DNA of 64,000 bases from Polyangiaceae bacterium (lineage in GTDB: Bacteria > Myxococcota_A > Polyangia > Polyangiales > Polyangiaceae). The notes under the pieces were generated by a model. The model searched no databases and was not told where the DNA came from. It worked only from the letters and a program-made list of their open reading frames with translations. Of this stretch, positions 28,281 to 38,272 are shown piece after piece. Location: assembly GCA_965222375.1 (NCBI GenBank), contig CBDCTZ010000015.1:1504001-1568000 (forward strand), given 5' to 3'. The first letter of the stretch is position 1. Each line of letters begins with the position of its first letter. The translations under genes were made by a program, and so were the position numbers.

Positions 28281-30119
28281 CTAGCTACTGCCGGACGAGG
28301 CTGGTTCCCCAGCGCCCGTGGGTGGCGGAGCCACGGCGCTCCACCAACCTCGCAGCCGCGCGTCATCCCACGCGTCACTGACGTCGACTCCTTCGAGCGC
28401 CGTCAGGACGGCAGTGGCCGACTGCGGGCGGTCCGCCGAACTCTTGGCGAGCATGCTCGCGACCAGCTCCTCGAGAGCTTCTGGCACAACCGCTTTGTCG
28501 AACAGGGGCGACGGTGGCGCCTTGTGCACGTGGCAGGACAGGAGTCCGACGACAGTCTTTTCTTCGAAGACGTGTCGGGACGTCAGCAGGAAGTACGCCA
28601 CACAGCCCAGGGCGTAGATGTCGGCCCGAGGATCGACGTCATCGGGGGCAAGGATCATCTCCGGCGCCATGAAGGCCGGAGTGCCTACGACGTCGTTGTC
28701 GCGGGTCAGCGCCGCCGCGTCGTCTTGATCCGCTCGAGCAACCTCCGTGACCAGCCCGAAGTCGAGCACCTTGGTGATGTCGAGCTCTGTGGCCTGTCGA
28801 CACAGGAAGATGTTGGCGGGCTTGACGTCTCGGTGGATCAGCCCCGCGTTGTGTGCCTCTGCCAATGAGAGGCACACTTGCCGCAGGATCCGGACGACGC
28901 GCCACACCGGCTGGGGGCCATCGCGCTCGACGAGGGCTTCGAGGTCCATCCCGTCCAAGAGCTCCATCACGTAGTAGAAGTCGCCCGCGTCCGTGCGCCC
29001 GAAATCGTAGAGTTCCACGGTGTGCGCGGAACGCAGGTGGGCCGTTGCGCGCGCTTCTTGTTCGAAGCGGCGCAGCGCGCTCGCGGCCCGTTCCGGGGCG
29101 ACGTCCATGCGGTCGGCCTTGATGACTTTGAGGGCGGCGGGGCGAGCGAGCATCTTATGCTGGGCCAGCCAGACTTCGCCCATGCCACCGTGCCCCAGCT
29201 CTTCCACCAGCACGTAGCTGCCAAGATCTCGCGAACGACGCCGCTCGTCGCGTAGAGCGACGTCGATGCGATGAATCGCAATCGACGCGAAAACGCTGAG
29301 CACGACACTCAGCGGCACGTTGGCGAAGGACTCCGGCGAAAGTATCGCAAAGTAGGCGATCCCGCTCACTCTCGACCATACGAGAGGCAGGGCGAGCAGC
29401 GGCAGCGCCAGAGAGAGCGCGAGCAGCAAATGCTTCTTGGGTGATCCCGGGACAAACGGTGGAAAGAGCACCATGAAAACGCAGGTCCAGGTCAGCCCAT
29501 CGACCAGGCTCGGTCCTTCCACGCTGGCCTCGCCCGACCACTGGAAGAAGTGCAGGCTCTCCAGGGTCTGGTGGATCCCGACCGCGAACACCAAGACGAA
29601 AGCGAGTCGCGCCACGGTTTCGAGGGGGACCTTCGCTTTCCGGGCCGCCCGGTGCACCCACCACGCGAGAACCGCCATGACCACGTTCTTCAGCCGCGCG
29701 GGGCTGGTCAGCCCTGGGGCTTCGAACGCGACACGCAAAGCGAGATCCAGGGGGACGGCGATTGAGTACACCACTCCCGCGAGCGCGGCGAGGGCGGCAA
29801 CACGGCCGCGGATGCTCGCCTCGAGTACCGGGTCGCTCTCGACGGGCGATGCGCCCCCCTCGCCTTCGCGCAACAGTAGCGTGGGGGCCTTCGCGGCTAC
29901 GTCGCCTGCCGAGTTTGGATCACGCCCTCGAAACACGCGCCCCAACCGACGCAGCTTGGCCATCCCCTCGAGAGGGCCGAGCTGAGTCGGAGCATTCCCG
30001 AGCACCGCTTCTTCGAGCTTGGCGAGGGCCCGCTCGCGCTCCGCGGGGGAATCGAACGCATCAGGCGGTGTGGCGTCCTCGATGCCGTCGGGCGGGTCCG
30101 CTCGAGTCAGCTCCGACAT
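28281..30119 (-). CDS. Membrane Ser/Thr protein kinase
   Basis: LGHGGMGEVW, AALKVI, HRDVKPAN, DFG, GTPAFMAPE; N-terminal TM helices. Confidence 0.96.
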   Translation of the reverse strand: MSELTRADPPDGIEDATPPDAFDSPAERERALAKLEEAVLGNAPTQLGPLEGMAKLRRLGRVFRGRDPNSAGDVAAKAPTLLLREGEGGASPVESDPVLEASIRGRVAALAALAGVVYSIAVPLDLALRVAFEAPGLTSPARLKNVVMAVLAWWVHRAARKAKVPLETVARLAFVLVFAVGIHQTLESLHFFQWSGEASVEGPSLVDGLTWTCVFMVLFPPFVPGSPKKHLLLALSLALPLLALPLVWSRVSGIAYFAILSPESFANVPLSVVLSVFASIAIHRIDVALRDERRRSRDLGSYVLVEELGHGGMGEVWLAQHKMLARPAALKVIKADRMDVAPERAASALRRFEQEARATAHLRSAHTVELYDFGRTDAGDFYYVMELLDGMDLEALVERDGPQPVWRVVRILRQVCLSLAEAHNAGLIHRDVKPANIFLCRQATELDITKVLDFGLVTEVARADQDDAAALTRDNDVVGTPAFMAPEMILAPDDVDPRADIYALGCVAYFLLTSRHVFEEKTVVGLLSCHVHKAPPSPLFDKAVVPEALEELVASMLAKSSADRPQSATAVLTALEGVDVSDAWDDARLRGWWSAVAPPPTGAGEPASSGSS

Positions 30120-30349
30120 GGCCGGGATGATACCGCGCGCTCGTGGGGCAAGAGGGGTTCGAGTCATTCCACGCTCCCGAGCGTTGACCCAATGCAATGA
30201 AAGCCGATGCGCGTACCGTTCCGAACCTCGGCCAGGGGTGGCAAGGGGTCAGTCGTTTCGAAACAAAGCTCACGCAGGGCCCTTGGCAAGTTCGTGATCT
30301 CGTTTCGGAGGCGATGGTCTGGCCGGCGAATCCAGCTTACACTACGCGA

Positions 30350-30916
30350 ATGACCACGGCGCGGCGGTATAGGAATACGTACGCGGACTACCTCCGCCTG
30401 CAGTCCGAGTCGCCCCTGAAGCTCGAGTTTTCGGAAGGTGAAATCTTCGCCATGGCGGGAGGCACGCCAGAACATGGTGCGCTCGCGATGCAGTTTGTCC
30501 GCCTAATCTCTGGTTCGCTTCCCGAAGGATGTGTCGTGTACTCATCTGACGTCAAAGTTCGTGTTCTTGCTACCGACTTGGCCACATATCCAGACCTTTC
30601 CATCGTATGTGGTCGCGCTGAACCCGCACTCGACGACGCCAACGCAATCCTCAACCCGCGCTTTTTAGTCGAGGTCACCAGTGCTTCAACAGAGGAGTAC
30701 GACCGAGGCGACAAGCTCAGCCAGTACAAGCAACTGCCCTCGCTCCAAGCTGTTGCAATCGTTTCCCACCGTCGCCGACAAGTCACGGTGGTAACTCGAA
30801 CTGGTGCAAGCTGGTCCGAAAAAGAGGTACGTGCTGGCGAGCGGGTCTCGCTCGGCGACGGCATCTCTTTCGACGTCGCGGACCTCTACACGGTCGCTCA
30901 GTCGTTGCGCGGCTGA
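30350..30916 (+). CDS. Uma2 family endonuclease
   Basis: GEIFAMAGGTPEH, YPDLSIVCG, VEVTSASTEEYDRGDK. Confidence 0.93.
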   Translation: MTTARRYRNTYADYLRLQSESPLKLEFSEGEIFAMAGGTPEHGALAMQFVRLISGSLPEGCVVYSSDVKVRVLATDLATYPDLSIVCGRAEPALDDANAILNPRFLVEVTSASTEEYDRGDKLSQYKQLPSLQAVAIVSHRRRQVTVVTRTGASWSEKEVRAGERVSLGDGISFDVADLYTVAQSLRG

Positions 30917-31071
30917 CGCTGCTCGCAAACGTACACGTGAGCTAGAATCGAGCGGTGCTGGTCACACTGGTCAATCCCACTGTGTTTGGTTGGTTGGGGG
31001 CTGCTCGAATTTGTGGCTCCCAACTACGGCGCGCTGACCTCGACCAATTGCGGGAGCGACGAGAGATAACA

Positions 31072-31110
31072 TTGACAGGACGCTCAGTTGCATGTACATG
31101 CATGTACATG
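31072..31110 (+). promoter_or_regulatory. vapBC promoter/operator
   Basis: TTGACA at 31072; palindromic CATGTACATGCATGTACATG at 31091-31110 overlaps the ATG; no RBS. Confidence 0.7.
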
Positions 31111-31350
31111 GCTACCAAGACCATCTCCATCGATTTGTCGGCGTATGAGCTGCTTCGGAAGGCTCGTCAGCGCCCGGATGAGTCTTTCTCACAGGTCATC
31201 AAGCGGGCCCGGTGGAACGAGTCTGGCGCCACCGGCGCCACGCTCCTGGAGGCGCTCCGGACCGCTCCGGTCCCCTCCAGCGCGATCCTGGAACGTCTCG
31301 AGCGGGCACAGCGGGAGGATGCCCCGCCGGACGAACCATGGACCGAGTAG
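31108..31350 (+). CDS. vapB: VapB-family antitoxin
   Basis: MATKTISID..AYELL..K..ESFSQVIKR. Confidence 0.88.
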   Translation: MATKTISIDLSAYELLRKARQRPDESFSQVIKRARWNESGATGATLLEALRTAPVPSSAILERLERAQREDAPPDEPWTE

Positions 31351-31745
31351 CCCTCGACACGACGTTCCTCATCGACCTCCAGAACGAACGGCGCACGAGA
31401 GGCAAACGCCGCGGGGCGATCAAGTTCTTGGAGTCGAATCGTGACACGGAGCTAGTGCTGCCCTGCGTGGCCCTTGGTGAGTATCTCGAAGGTTTCGACG
31501 ATCCAGGATCCGATGACGCCAAGGCGCTGGTTTCGGGCATTCGCCTGCTCGACGTGACTCCAGAGGTTGCTCGCCAGTACGCCACGGCCGCTCGAACGCT
31601 GCGGAGCGGCGGCCAGCTCATCGGCAGCAACGACCTGTGGATCGGCTGTACGGCGCGAGCGTTCAACGTACCGATAGTCACGCGCAATGCCGAACACTTT
31701 CAGCGCATCCCAAAGCTCCAGGTCGTCACGTACTCAGCGGCTTGA
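31338..31745 (+). CDS. vapC: VapC PIN-domain toxin
   Basis: LDTTFLID, GEYLEG, NDLWIG, TRNAEHF. Confidence 0.93.
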   Translation: MDRVALDTTFLIDLQNERRTRGKRRGAIKFLESNRDTELVLPCVALGEYLEGFDDPGSDDAKALVSGIRLLDVTPEVARQYATAARTLRSGGQLIGSNDLWIGCTARAFNVPIVTRNAEHFQRIPKLQVVTYSAA

Positions 31746-31863
31746 GGGCGGCAGAGGCACTCACAACGCCGCCTTCTGAGGGAATCGTCCAGCTTCATGG
31801 CAACGCCAGTTTGGCGAGGTCGACGACGCCTCGACCGCCACGTCCGCGTGCGAGGCGGTGCCC

Positions 31864-32451
31864 TCAACCCGTCGCCAGAAACGGCTCCCACTCGGAATAT
31901 GGCCGTTTCTGGGTCAGAAGTATCTGCGCTGTCGTGCTCCAGCGGGGCTTGCGCGGGCGCCGCAGCAGGCGCATGTCGGCCTCAGCAGGGGTCCGGCGAC
32001 CCTTGCGAAGATTACAGGAGCGACACGAAGTAACGAGGTTTTCCCAACTGTCCATGCCGCCACGGCAGCGCGGCATCACGTGATCCAAATTGAGCTCCCT
32101 CACGGGAAGCCGCCGCGTGCAGTACTGGCACGTGTGCTCGTCTCGAAGCATGACGTTGCGGCGGGTGAGCCGCACCACGGGCCTCGGGACTCGATTGTAC
32201 CGCTGCAGGTGAAGCACCCGCGGAACGCGCAAGGCGCCGCCCAGGATCGGAATGGCGTCGTCGACCTCCTCGCGAACCGGCAGATCACGCCAGCGACGGA
32301 AGTCATGAGTTTCGCCGGATTCGTCGAGGGCGCGGCCGGCTCCACCGTAAAGCAGCACGATGGCCCTGCGCGCCGTCGTCAGACTGACCGGGGCGAAATA
32401 AGCGTTAAGCAACAGAACCGGGATGGTTAGGACGTCCCGGGTATAAGTCAT
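31864..32451 (-). CDS. HNH endonuclease
   Basis: RDEHTCQYC, DHVMPR..GG.DSWENLVTSCRSCNLRKG. Confidence 0.93.
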   Translation of the reverse strand: MTYTRDVLTIPVLLLNAYFAPVSLTTARRAIVLLYGGAGRALDESGETHDFRRWRDLPVREEVDDAIPILGGALRVPRVLHLQRYNRVPRPVVRLTRRNVMLRDEHTCQYCTRRLPVRELNLDHVMPRCRGGMDSWENLVTSCRSCNLRKGRRTPAEADMRLLRRPRKPRWSTTAQILLTQKRPYSEWEPFLATG

Positions 32452-32642
32452 GGGGCTGCCCTGCACGAGCTGGAGCTTAGCATGGGGCCGGATCTGGGCC
32501 CGAATAGGGCCTCTTTTCCGACCAGAGCGGACTTGACCGCTGTCCTCGACCCCGCCGGAGTCTTGGGCTATTCCCCGGCACGCCTTGGCCACCCATGAAC
32601 CCGGGCACACCACGGGTCGCAACGTGGTAGGAGCGCATCACC

Positions 32643-34007
32643 ATGAAGAGCCACGCATTGTTGGTAGGTACCGTCCTGGCTTTCGCTGTTTCCAGTTGTG
32701 GGCCAGCGCTGCCGGCCGAAGCCAGCTGGCCACCTGCGGCGAAGCAGTGGTTTGACCGCGCGACTCAGAGCTACCGCACCGGCGATATGGAAGACGCCGA
32801 AACCTCGGCTGAAAACGCGCTGCGCATGCTGCCCGACGAACCCCGGGTCCGACTGATCGCCGCGCGCATCGCGTTGGCGCGGCTGGAATACGACCGCGCG
32901 GTGCAGCTCCTGGCTGGCGTCGAGTCCCCAGAAGCCGGAGCCGTGCGCGGTCGCGCTTATTGGTATGCGGGCCAGCTGGAGAAAGCCGCGGACGAGTTGG
33001 AGCGCCTGATCCAGAACCCGGAAGTGCGCGATCCCTGGGCCACCGAAGTCGCCAAGCTGGCGCGCCGAGGCGTGGGTCGTACGCCCTTCCGCATGACCGG
33101 AGGGCTGCTCGCAGTTTCAGAGATGCCCCGCGTAGCGGCCACGGCCCTGGTGGTTCCCGTGGAGGTCAACGGTGAGCCCGCGCTGGGCATGATTGCCACG
33201 GGCACGGCAGAAGCTGTTGTGGACTCGAGTGGTGGCGGCGAGCCAACCTGGCTCTCGCTTCGTTTCGGTGAGCGCGTCGAGGTCAAAGACGTGCCCGCGT
33301 TGGCCAAAGATCTGTCCGGGATCTCGCGACAGCTCAACGCGCCCATCAAGATGCTCATCGGCGTGAACCTGCTGCGGCACCTGCACCCAACCTTCGACTT
33401 CACCGGCGGGCAGTTCGTGGTGCGCACCTTCGAGCCGCCCCCGCCGCCGGAAGCCACGACCCTGCGCGTAAGCTATCTGCGCGGCGGCGGCATGCTGCTG
33501 CGCGGCTCCTTTGGCAGCGAGAACTCCGCAAAGCCCGCGTCTCTGCTGGTGGATACCAGCATGACCTTCCCCCTCGCCCTCGACGACGGCGGCTGGAAGA
33601 AGGCCGGCGTTGGCCTCGACAAGCTCCGCACCATGCCAAACCTCGGCAACATGCGCGCAGGCATGCTGCCCCTGCTGCGTTTGGGCGCCTTCGAGCTTCC
33701 CGACGTACCCGGCGTCTACGGCGCACCCGTAGAAGAACTCGAGAAGGGGCTGGACGTGGACATCGACGGTCTGGTCGGCTCCGGACTGCTCGCCCCCTTC
33801 CGCGTGACCATGGTCGATGGCGGCCGCACCATGTGGCTCGAAGACATGCCCCGTGCGGCGCTCACCCCGCGCCGCCGCAAGCAGCCACCCGCTGCGCCCC
33901 AACTCGACCCCGTCGGCGTCGGCAAGACGCCTCCCAATGCGGGCACCCAATTGAAGCCGCCCGCGCCTATGACCCCCACCCCCAAAGCAGGTGGAGCAAA
34001 GAAGTGA
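32643..34007 (+). CDS. TPR lipoprotein with aspartyl-protease-like domains
   Basis: Lipobox SSC, TPR helices, LLVDTS, DGLVGSGLL. Confidence 0.75.
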   Translation: MKSHALLVGTVLAFAVSSCGPALPAEASWPPAAKQWFDRATQSYRTGDMEDAETSAENALRMLPDEPRVRLIAARIALARLEYDRAVQLLAGVESPEAGAVRGRAYWYAGQLEKAADELERLIQNPEVRDPWATEVAKLARRGVGRTPFRMTGGLLAVSEMPRVAATALVVPVEVNGEPALGMIATGTAEAVVDSSGGGEPTWLSLRFGERVEVKDVPALAKDLSGISRQLNAPIKMLIGVNLLRHLHPTFDFTGGQFVVRTFEPPPPPEATTLRVSYLRGGGMLLRGSFGSENSAKPASLLVDTSMTFPLALDDGGWKKAGVGLDKLRTMPNLGNMRAGMLPLLRLGAFELPDVPGVYGAPVEELEKGLDVDIDGLVGSGLLAPFRVTMVDGGRTMWLEDMPRAALTPRRRKQPPAAPQLDPVGVGKTPPNAGTQLKPPAPMTPTPKAGGAKK

Positions 34008-34501
34008 GCGACGGTCACGTCCGCCTCGCCATCTACGCCGGGAGTTTCGACCCGCCCACCTTCGGGCACATGGATCTCGTCGACCGCGCGTCAAAGCTCT
34101 TCCCCGAGGTCGTCGTTGCAGTCGGCATTCACCCGACCAAGACAGCGTTGTTCAGCGTCGAAGAGCGCCTCGAGCTCCTCACGAAGGTCTGCGAACCCTT
34201 CGAAAACGTGCGCGTGGACTCCTTCCGCGGCCTGTTGATCGACTACGCGAAGCGTATGGGCGCCCGAGTCGTCGTCCGCGGACTGCGCGCCGGCACCGAC
34301 TTCGAGTACGAGCTGCAGATCGCCCACGCCAACGCCGACCTGCGCCCCGAAATCGACACCGTCTTCCTGCCCACCCGCACGAACTACGGCTTCATTTCCG
34401 CGTCGCTAGTGCGAGAAATTGCCATGCACGGCGGCGACATCGAGCGCTATGCCCCACCGAATGTGTGCGCCGCGCTGAAGAAGAAGTTCGCCAGCGGCTG
34501 A
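34004..34501 (+). CDS. coaD: Phosphopantetheine adenylyltransferase
   Basis: AIYAGSFDPPTFGH, RGLRAGTDFEYE, ISASLVREIA. Confidence 0.97.
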   Translation: MSDGHVRLAIYAGSFDPPTFGHMDLVDRASKLFPEVVVAVGIHPTKTALFSVEERLELLTKVCEPFENVRVDSFRGLLIDYAKRMGARVVVRGLRAGTDFEYELQIAHANADLRPEIDTVFLPTRTNYGFISASLVREIAMHGGDIERYAPPNVCAALKKKFASG

Positions 34502-34516
34502 CGCGCCCGCGATTCG

Positions 34517-34935
34517 CTAACCGCGAACTCGGCGCCTCAGGGCCACCGGCAAGGTCACGACGAAAGCCGCTGTCGCGATCACCGTCTGCGAGGCGCCTAC
34601 GGGAAACTCGAAGAAGAACGCGAACGGGTAGCCTAGCGATCCAGCGAGGCCGCCGATGGCCGGCGCCAGCCACAGTACCCGGCGCATGCGACCACCCACG
34701 GACAGAACCGCCATCGCCGGCAACACGGCAAAGGCAAACACCAGCGAGGCCGCCGATGGCCCGGGTCGCCACCGACACCATGCAAGCCACCAGCAGCCAC
34801 ATCAGCTTCAAACCCGTCACGGGCAACCCCTGTACGCGGGTACTATCGGGATCGAAGCCGGAAAACAGCAGGCCGCGATAGGCCACCACCAGAACGAAGA
34901 CAATCACGGTTCCAACGCTGGCAGCGGCCTGCCAG
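34517..34935 (-). pseudogene. 3' fragment of a metal ABC transporter permease (ZnuB/ABC-3-like), frameshifted
   Basis: FSGFDPDSTRVQGLPV..TRAIG / FAFAVLPAMA..FPVGASQ. Confidence 0.65.
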
Positions 34936-35052
34936 CGATCTGGCCTCTCGGCGCTGCGGCGGGCTGGACGATCATTGGACCTGTTGTGTGCCTGCTCGTT
35001 CCTATAGAATGGCTGGATAGAAAATTTCTCCCGTCGTAGGCTCGCGCCCTTC

Positions 35053-35865
35053 GTGCTGTTGGCGGCGGGCGGCCTGGGTGCGTCGTGCGGCGGGGGAGAC
35101 GATGGCGCGAGCGGCGGGAGTGGCGGCGCGGTGGATGCGGGCGCGGACATTTCCTTGCAGGGTGGCGGCGGAGGCGGCGGTAGCGGCGGGACTACGGACG
35201 GCGGCATTGAAGCTGGCATAGATGGCTCCGCGGGAACATCTGGGTCCGGCGGTGCGGGGGGCGCGGCCGGTGAGGGAACCGGAGGAGCAGGGGGTGCGAG
35301 CGGCGTTGCGGCAACCGGAGGAACTGCGGGCGTCGGCACGGGCGGCACTGCGGGCGTCGGCACAGGCGGCACTGCGAGTGTCGGCACGGGCGGCACTGCG
35401 GGTGTCGGCACAGGCGGTACCGCGGGAGCCCCCGGCGGCGGCGGCGGACTAGCCGGAACCGGTGGAGCCACGGGCGGTTCGTCGGGGAGCGCAGGTGCAG
35501 CAGGATCGAGTGGTGCCGCTGGGGGAAGCGGAGAACTCTGTTGCAACGGGACTGCCACCTGCGTACCGACTTCCCTCGCACCAGCGACACACAAGCCGCT
35601 CTTGAACCAAGACACCTGCACACAACCAGCAGATCTCTGTGTGCCCCACAACCTGCTGACCAATCCGCCGACGGCCTTTCCCAGCTGCGACACAGGGCAC
35701 ATCGGAATACACATCAGCGCCGAGGGCGCGTGTCTTCCCTCGTGCATCACGAGCCAGCAGCCAGGGTCCTTCCTTTTCGGGCAGCGCACCTGCGCAGCCG
35801 ATATGTTATGCGCAGCGTGCTGGACGCTTCTTGCCGGCACAACCGGCGTTTGCGCCCAGCCCTAA
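35053..35865 (+). CDS. Gly-rich lipoprotein with Cys-rich C-terminus (start uncertain)
   Basis: LGASCGG, GTGGTAGV repeats, Cys-rich tail. Confidence 0.75.
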   Translation: MLLAAGGLGASCGGGDDGASGGSGGAVDAGADISLQGGGGGGGSGGTTDGGIEAGIDGSAGTSGSGGAGGAAGEGTGGAGGASGVAATGGTAGVGTGGTAGVGTGGTASVGTGGTAGVGTGGTAGAPGGGGGLAGTGGATGGSSGSAGAAGSSGAAGGSGELCCNGTATCVPTSLAPATHKPLLNQDTCTQPADLCVPHNLLTNPPTAFPSCDTGHIGIHISAEGACLPSCITSQQPGSFLFGQRTCAADMLCAACWTLLAGTTGVCAQP

Positions 35866-35877
35866 TCCGGCTTGCCG

Positions 35878-36140
35878 GTGGACTCCTACCGCGGCCTGTT
35901 GATCGACTACGCCAAACGCATGGGCGCCCGAGTCGTCGTCCGCGGACTGCGCGCCGGCGCGGACTTCGAATACGAGCTGCAGATCGCCCACGCCAACGCT
36001 GATCTCCGCCCCGAAGTCGACACCGTCTTCCTGCCCACCCGCACCAACTACGGCTTCATTTCGGCTTCCTCAGTGCGAGAAATCGCCATGCACGGCGGCG
36101 ACATCGAACGCTCCGCACCCCCCAACGTGTGCAAAGCCCT
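35878..36140 (+). pseudogene. coaD: Diverged duplicate of the coaD 3' half
   Basis: VDSYRGLLIDYAKRMGARVVVRGLRAGADFEYE...PPNVCKAL; matches 34214-34475. Confidence 0.92.
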
Positions 36141-36159
36141 ATCAAGCCCGCCTCGATGG

Positions 36160-37074
36160 TCACAGCGCGCGCTCGTACCAAGCGTCGCAGCCGAAATGCC
36201 CGGTTTCACCCAGCGGCCTGCCACGTTTTTCGAATCCGAAGCGCTCGTAGAGTCGCTTGGCTTGGTGCATGTGCTCCAGAGTTTCGAGGTAGATCTTCTG
36301 ATAACCATCGGCGCGCGCGCCGTCCAGACAGCGTGAGAGCAGCTGAGCACCAAGGCCCAGGCCGCGTGCCTCCGACAATAGATACATCTTTCGCAGCTCG
36401 CACACGTTCGACTCGCCACCTGCGAGAGGCCCATACCCTGCGCCGCCGATCACGCGACCGTCCTTGACGACCACCCAATATGCGGAGCCCGGTTGCCTGT
36501 ATGTTTCGCTCATCGCGTCAACCTCGGCGTCCTCGATGGCATAGCCAGACCCCACCGCTCCAAACTCAGGCATCACATGGCGGATGATGCGCGCCACCGC
36601 AGAATCGTCACGTCGATGGATGCCCCGGATCTCGAGATCCCGGCTCCTACGCCGCAGCTCCAGGGCCCGCGCGTACAGTTGCATACCTCGCACGACCGCT
36701 ATTCGCTCCTTCGGCGCCAGCAGCGAGAGCGCTTCGCTGACCTGGGAGTCCGCAAGCCCGTGGATCTTCTTGGTCCGCTCTCGGCCACGCGCCGTCAGGT
36801 CGATGGACTTCTTCCGCCGGTCCGTCGAATCGGGCCTGACTCGAATGAGTCCACGATCCGCCAACTGCTTCACGGCACGACTCACCGTCGACTTGTCGAC
36901 GGTGAGGATCGACGTCAACTGGCCACTAGTGAGCGACCCTCGGGTGTCCAGCTCGACCAAGATGTGACACTGCATCGCGGTCACCCCGAAAAAGAGCCTT
37001 TCGGAAATCACTCCGAGCTCCCGAACGACTTGGCGAGAGGCGCGGCGCAGGGGCTGGATTTCGGGGGTCGTCAT
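36160..37074 (-). CDS. MarR-HTH / GNAT acetyltransferase fusion
   Basis: DKSTVSRAV..DRRK; ELRKMYL..ARGLGLG..LYERFGF. Confidence 0.92.
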   Translation of the reverse strand: MTTPEIQPLRRASRQVVRELGVISERLFFGVTAMQCHILVELDTRGSLTSGQLTSILTVDKSTVSRAVKQLADRGLIRVRPDSTDRRKKSIDLTARGRERTKKIHGLADSQVSEALSLLAPKERIAVVRGMQLYARALELRRRSRDLEIRGIHRRDDSAVARIIRHVMPEFGAVGSGYAIEDAEVDAMSETYRQPGSAYWVVVKDGRVIGGAGYGPLAGGESNVCELRKMYLLSEARGLGLGAQLLSRCLDGARADGYQKIYLETLEHMHQAKRLYERFGFEKRGRPLGETGHFGCDAWYERAL

Positions 37075-37090
37075 CTTAGTTGCGAACACT

Positions 37091-37123
37091 AACCACTTAG
37101 TTGTGCTAGTCAACTAAGTGGTT
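37091..37123. promoter_or_regulatory. Perfect 13-bp inverted repeat, likely MarR operator
   Basis: AACCACTTAGTTG-N7-CAACTAAGTGGTT just upstream of the ATG. Confidence 0.75.
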
Positions 37124-37169
37124 CGAAACATCCGCTAGCATGCTGGCACGAGGTTTCCCCAGAGCGAGC

Positions 37170-37219
37170 GCCGACCTGCGCCCTGAAATCGACACCGTCT
37201 TCCTGCCCACCCGCGCGAA
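37170..37219 (+). pseudogene. coaD: Third coaD fragment (~50 bp)
   Basis: ADLRPEIDTVFLPTRAN. Confidence 0.85.
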
Positions 37220-37429
37220 TCAGCCACTGCTCAAACAGCCGCTGGATCTTTTCGTCGCTTGCGCCCACATGTCCTTGGCCGCGCCCACCCTCTATGCGCT
37301 TGGCCTGGCACTCGCGATCACTGGATCCGCTTGGCCGAGCTGGGCCAGATCCATGTGGCCGAGCCTTGACAACCGGGTGCGTCCCATGGGCCCTATGCGC
37401 GCGCGGTTAGCGCGCGGCGGGCGTACGAA

Positions 37430-37536
37430 CGAAGCGCCCGCGAGGGGCGCTCCCCGTTTGCACCTTCGGGTCCATCCCTGGGATGGTCATGATGAGCGCC
37501 GCGAAGCGCCCGCGAGGGGCGCTCCGCGTTTGCACC
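37430..37536. repeat. Two 35-bp hairpin repeats separated by 37 bp
   Basis: CGAAGCGCCCGCGAGGGGCGCTCCSCGTTTGCACC at 37430 and 37502. Confidence 0.8.
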
Positions 37537-37555
37537 GCATTTTGCGCTTCCTCGC

Positions 37556-38272
37556 TCAGGGCGTGCAGAACAACGATGAGCACTGAGGCGAACAGCTGTT
37601 GCACACACAGGTCCCAACGGCCTGCAGGTCCGGGAGCGCCGAGGCGAACTGCGAGCAAGTCGTATTGACGCAGCTCCCGTTCGGGCAGTTCTGCGACAGG
37701 CAGCCGATCAGCTGGTTGCAGGTGGTATTCGGCCCGCACTTCTGGAGCTGGGAGCAGCAGAACTGACCGCCGCAGGCGTCGCAGTCCGGGTTGCCATTCA
37801 CGGGGATGCCGCAGGCAGGACCACCGCCAGTCCCGCCCGTGCCAGTTCCACCGGTTCCGAAACCACCCGTACCGAAGCCACCGGTTCCGAAGCCGCCCGT
37901 GCCCGTGCCACCGGTTCCGAAGCCACCCGTTGCCAGGCCACCGGTACCGTCGGTTGTCTTCCCGCCAGTTCCCCCGGTGGCGCCTGTTTCACTCCCGCCC
38001 GTGCCGGTTCCAGCTGTACCGCCAGCGTCGATACCCCCCGTTGCAACGCCACCGGCACCCGCTGCAGCGCCGCCGCTTCCCGGGAATCCTCCCGCTGAGA
38101 CCCCTCCACTTGCATGACCAGCTTGACCGCTTGCGCCTGATCGACCGCCCCCACCATAAAAGTCATCGCGCTCAGGCGCGACCAGAGTGCAACCGGCCAG
38201 CAGGGCGCCAATGGCGACTGGGACATGGATGATCCGGCAACGCCTCACGGCAATTTGGTGGCTACCCATCAC
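37556..38272 (-). CDS. Gly-rich, Cys-rich lipoprotein
   Basis: LLAGC lipobox, GTGGFGTGG repeats, CC domain. Confidence 0.8.
   Translation of the reverse strand: MMGSHQIAVRRCRIIHVPVAIGALLAGCTLVAPERDDFYGGGGRSGASGQAGHASGGVSAGGFPGSGGAAAGAGGVATGGIDAGGTAGTGTGGSETGATGGTGGKTTDGTGGLATGGFGTGGTGTGGFGTGGFGTGGFGTGGTGTGGTGGGPACGIPVNGNPDCDACGGQFCCSQLQKCGPNTTCNQLIGCLSQNCPNGSCVNTTCSQFASALPDLQAVGTCVCNSCSPQCSSLFCTP

Noticed and set aside
35280..35420. 24-bp tandem repeats (similar ones at 37840-37930 and 60370-60540)
   Set aside because: They encode Gly/Thr linkers typical of these lipoproteins.
34392..35840. 482-aa Pro-rich minus-strand ORF
   Set aside because: Antisense of the Gly-rich lipoprotein fused to the permease fragment.
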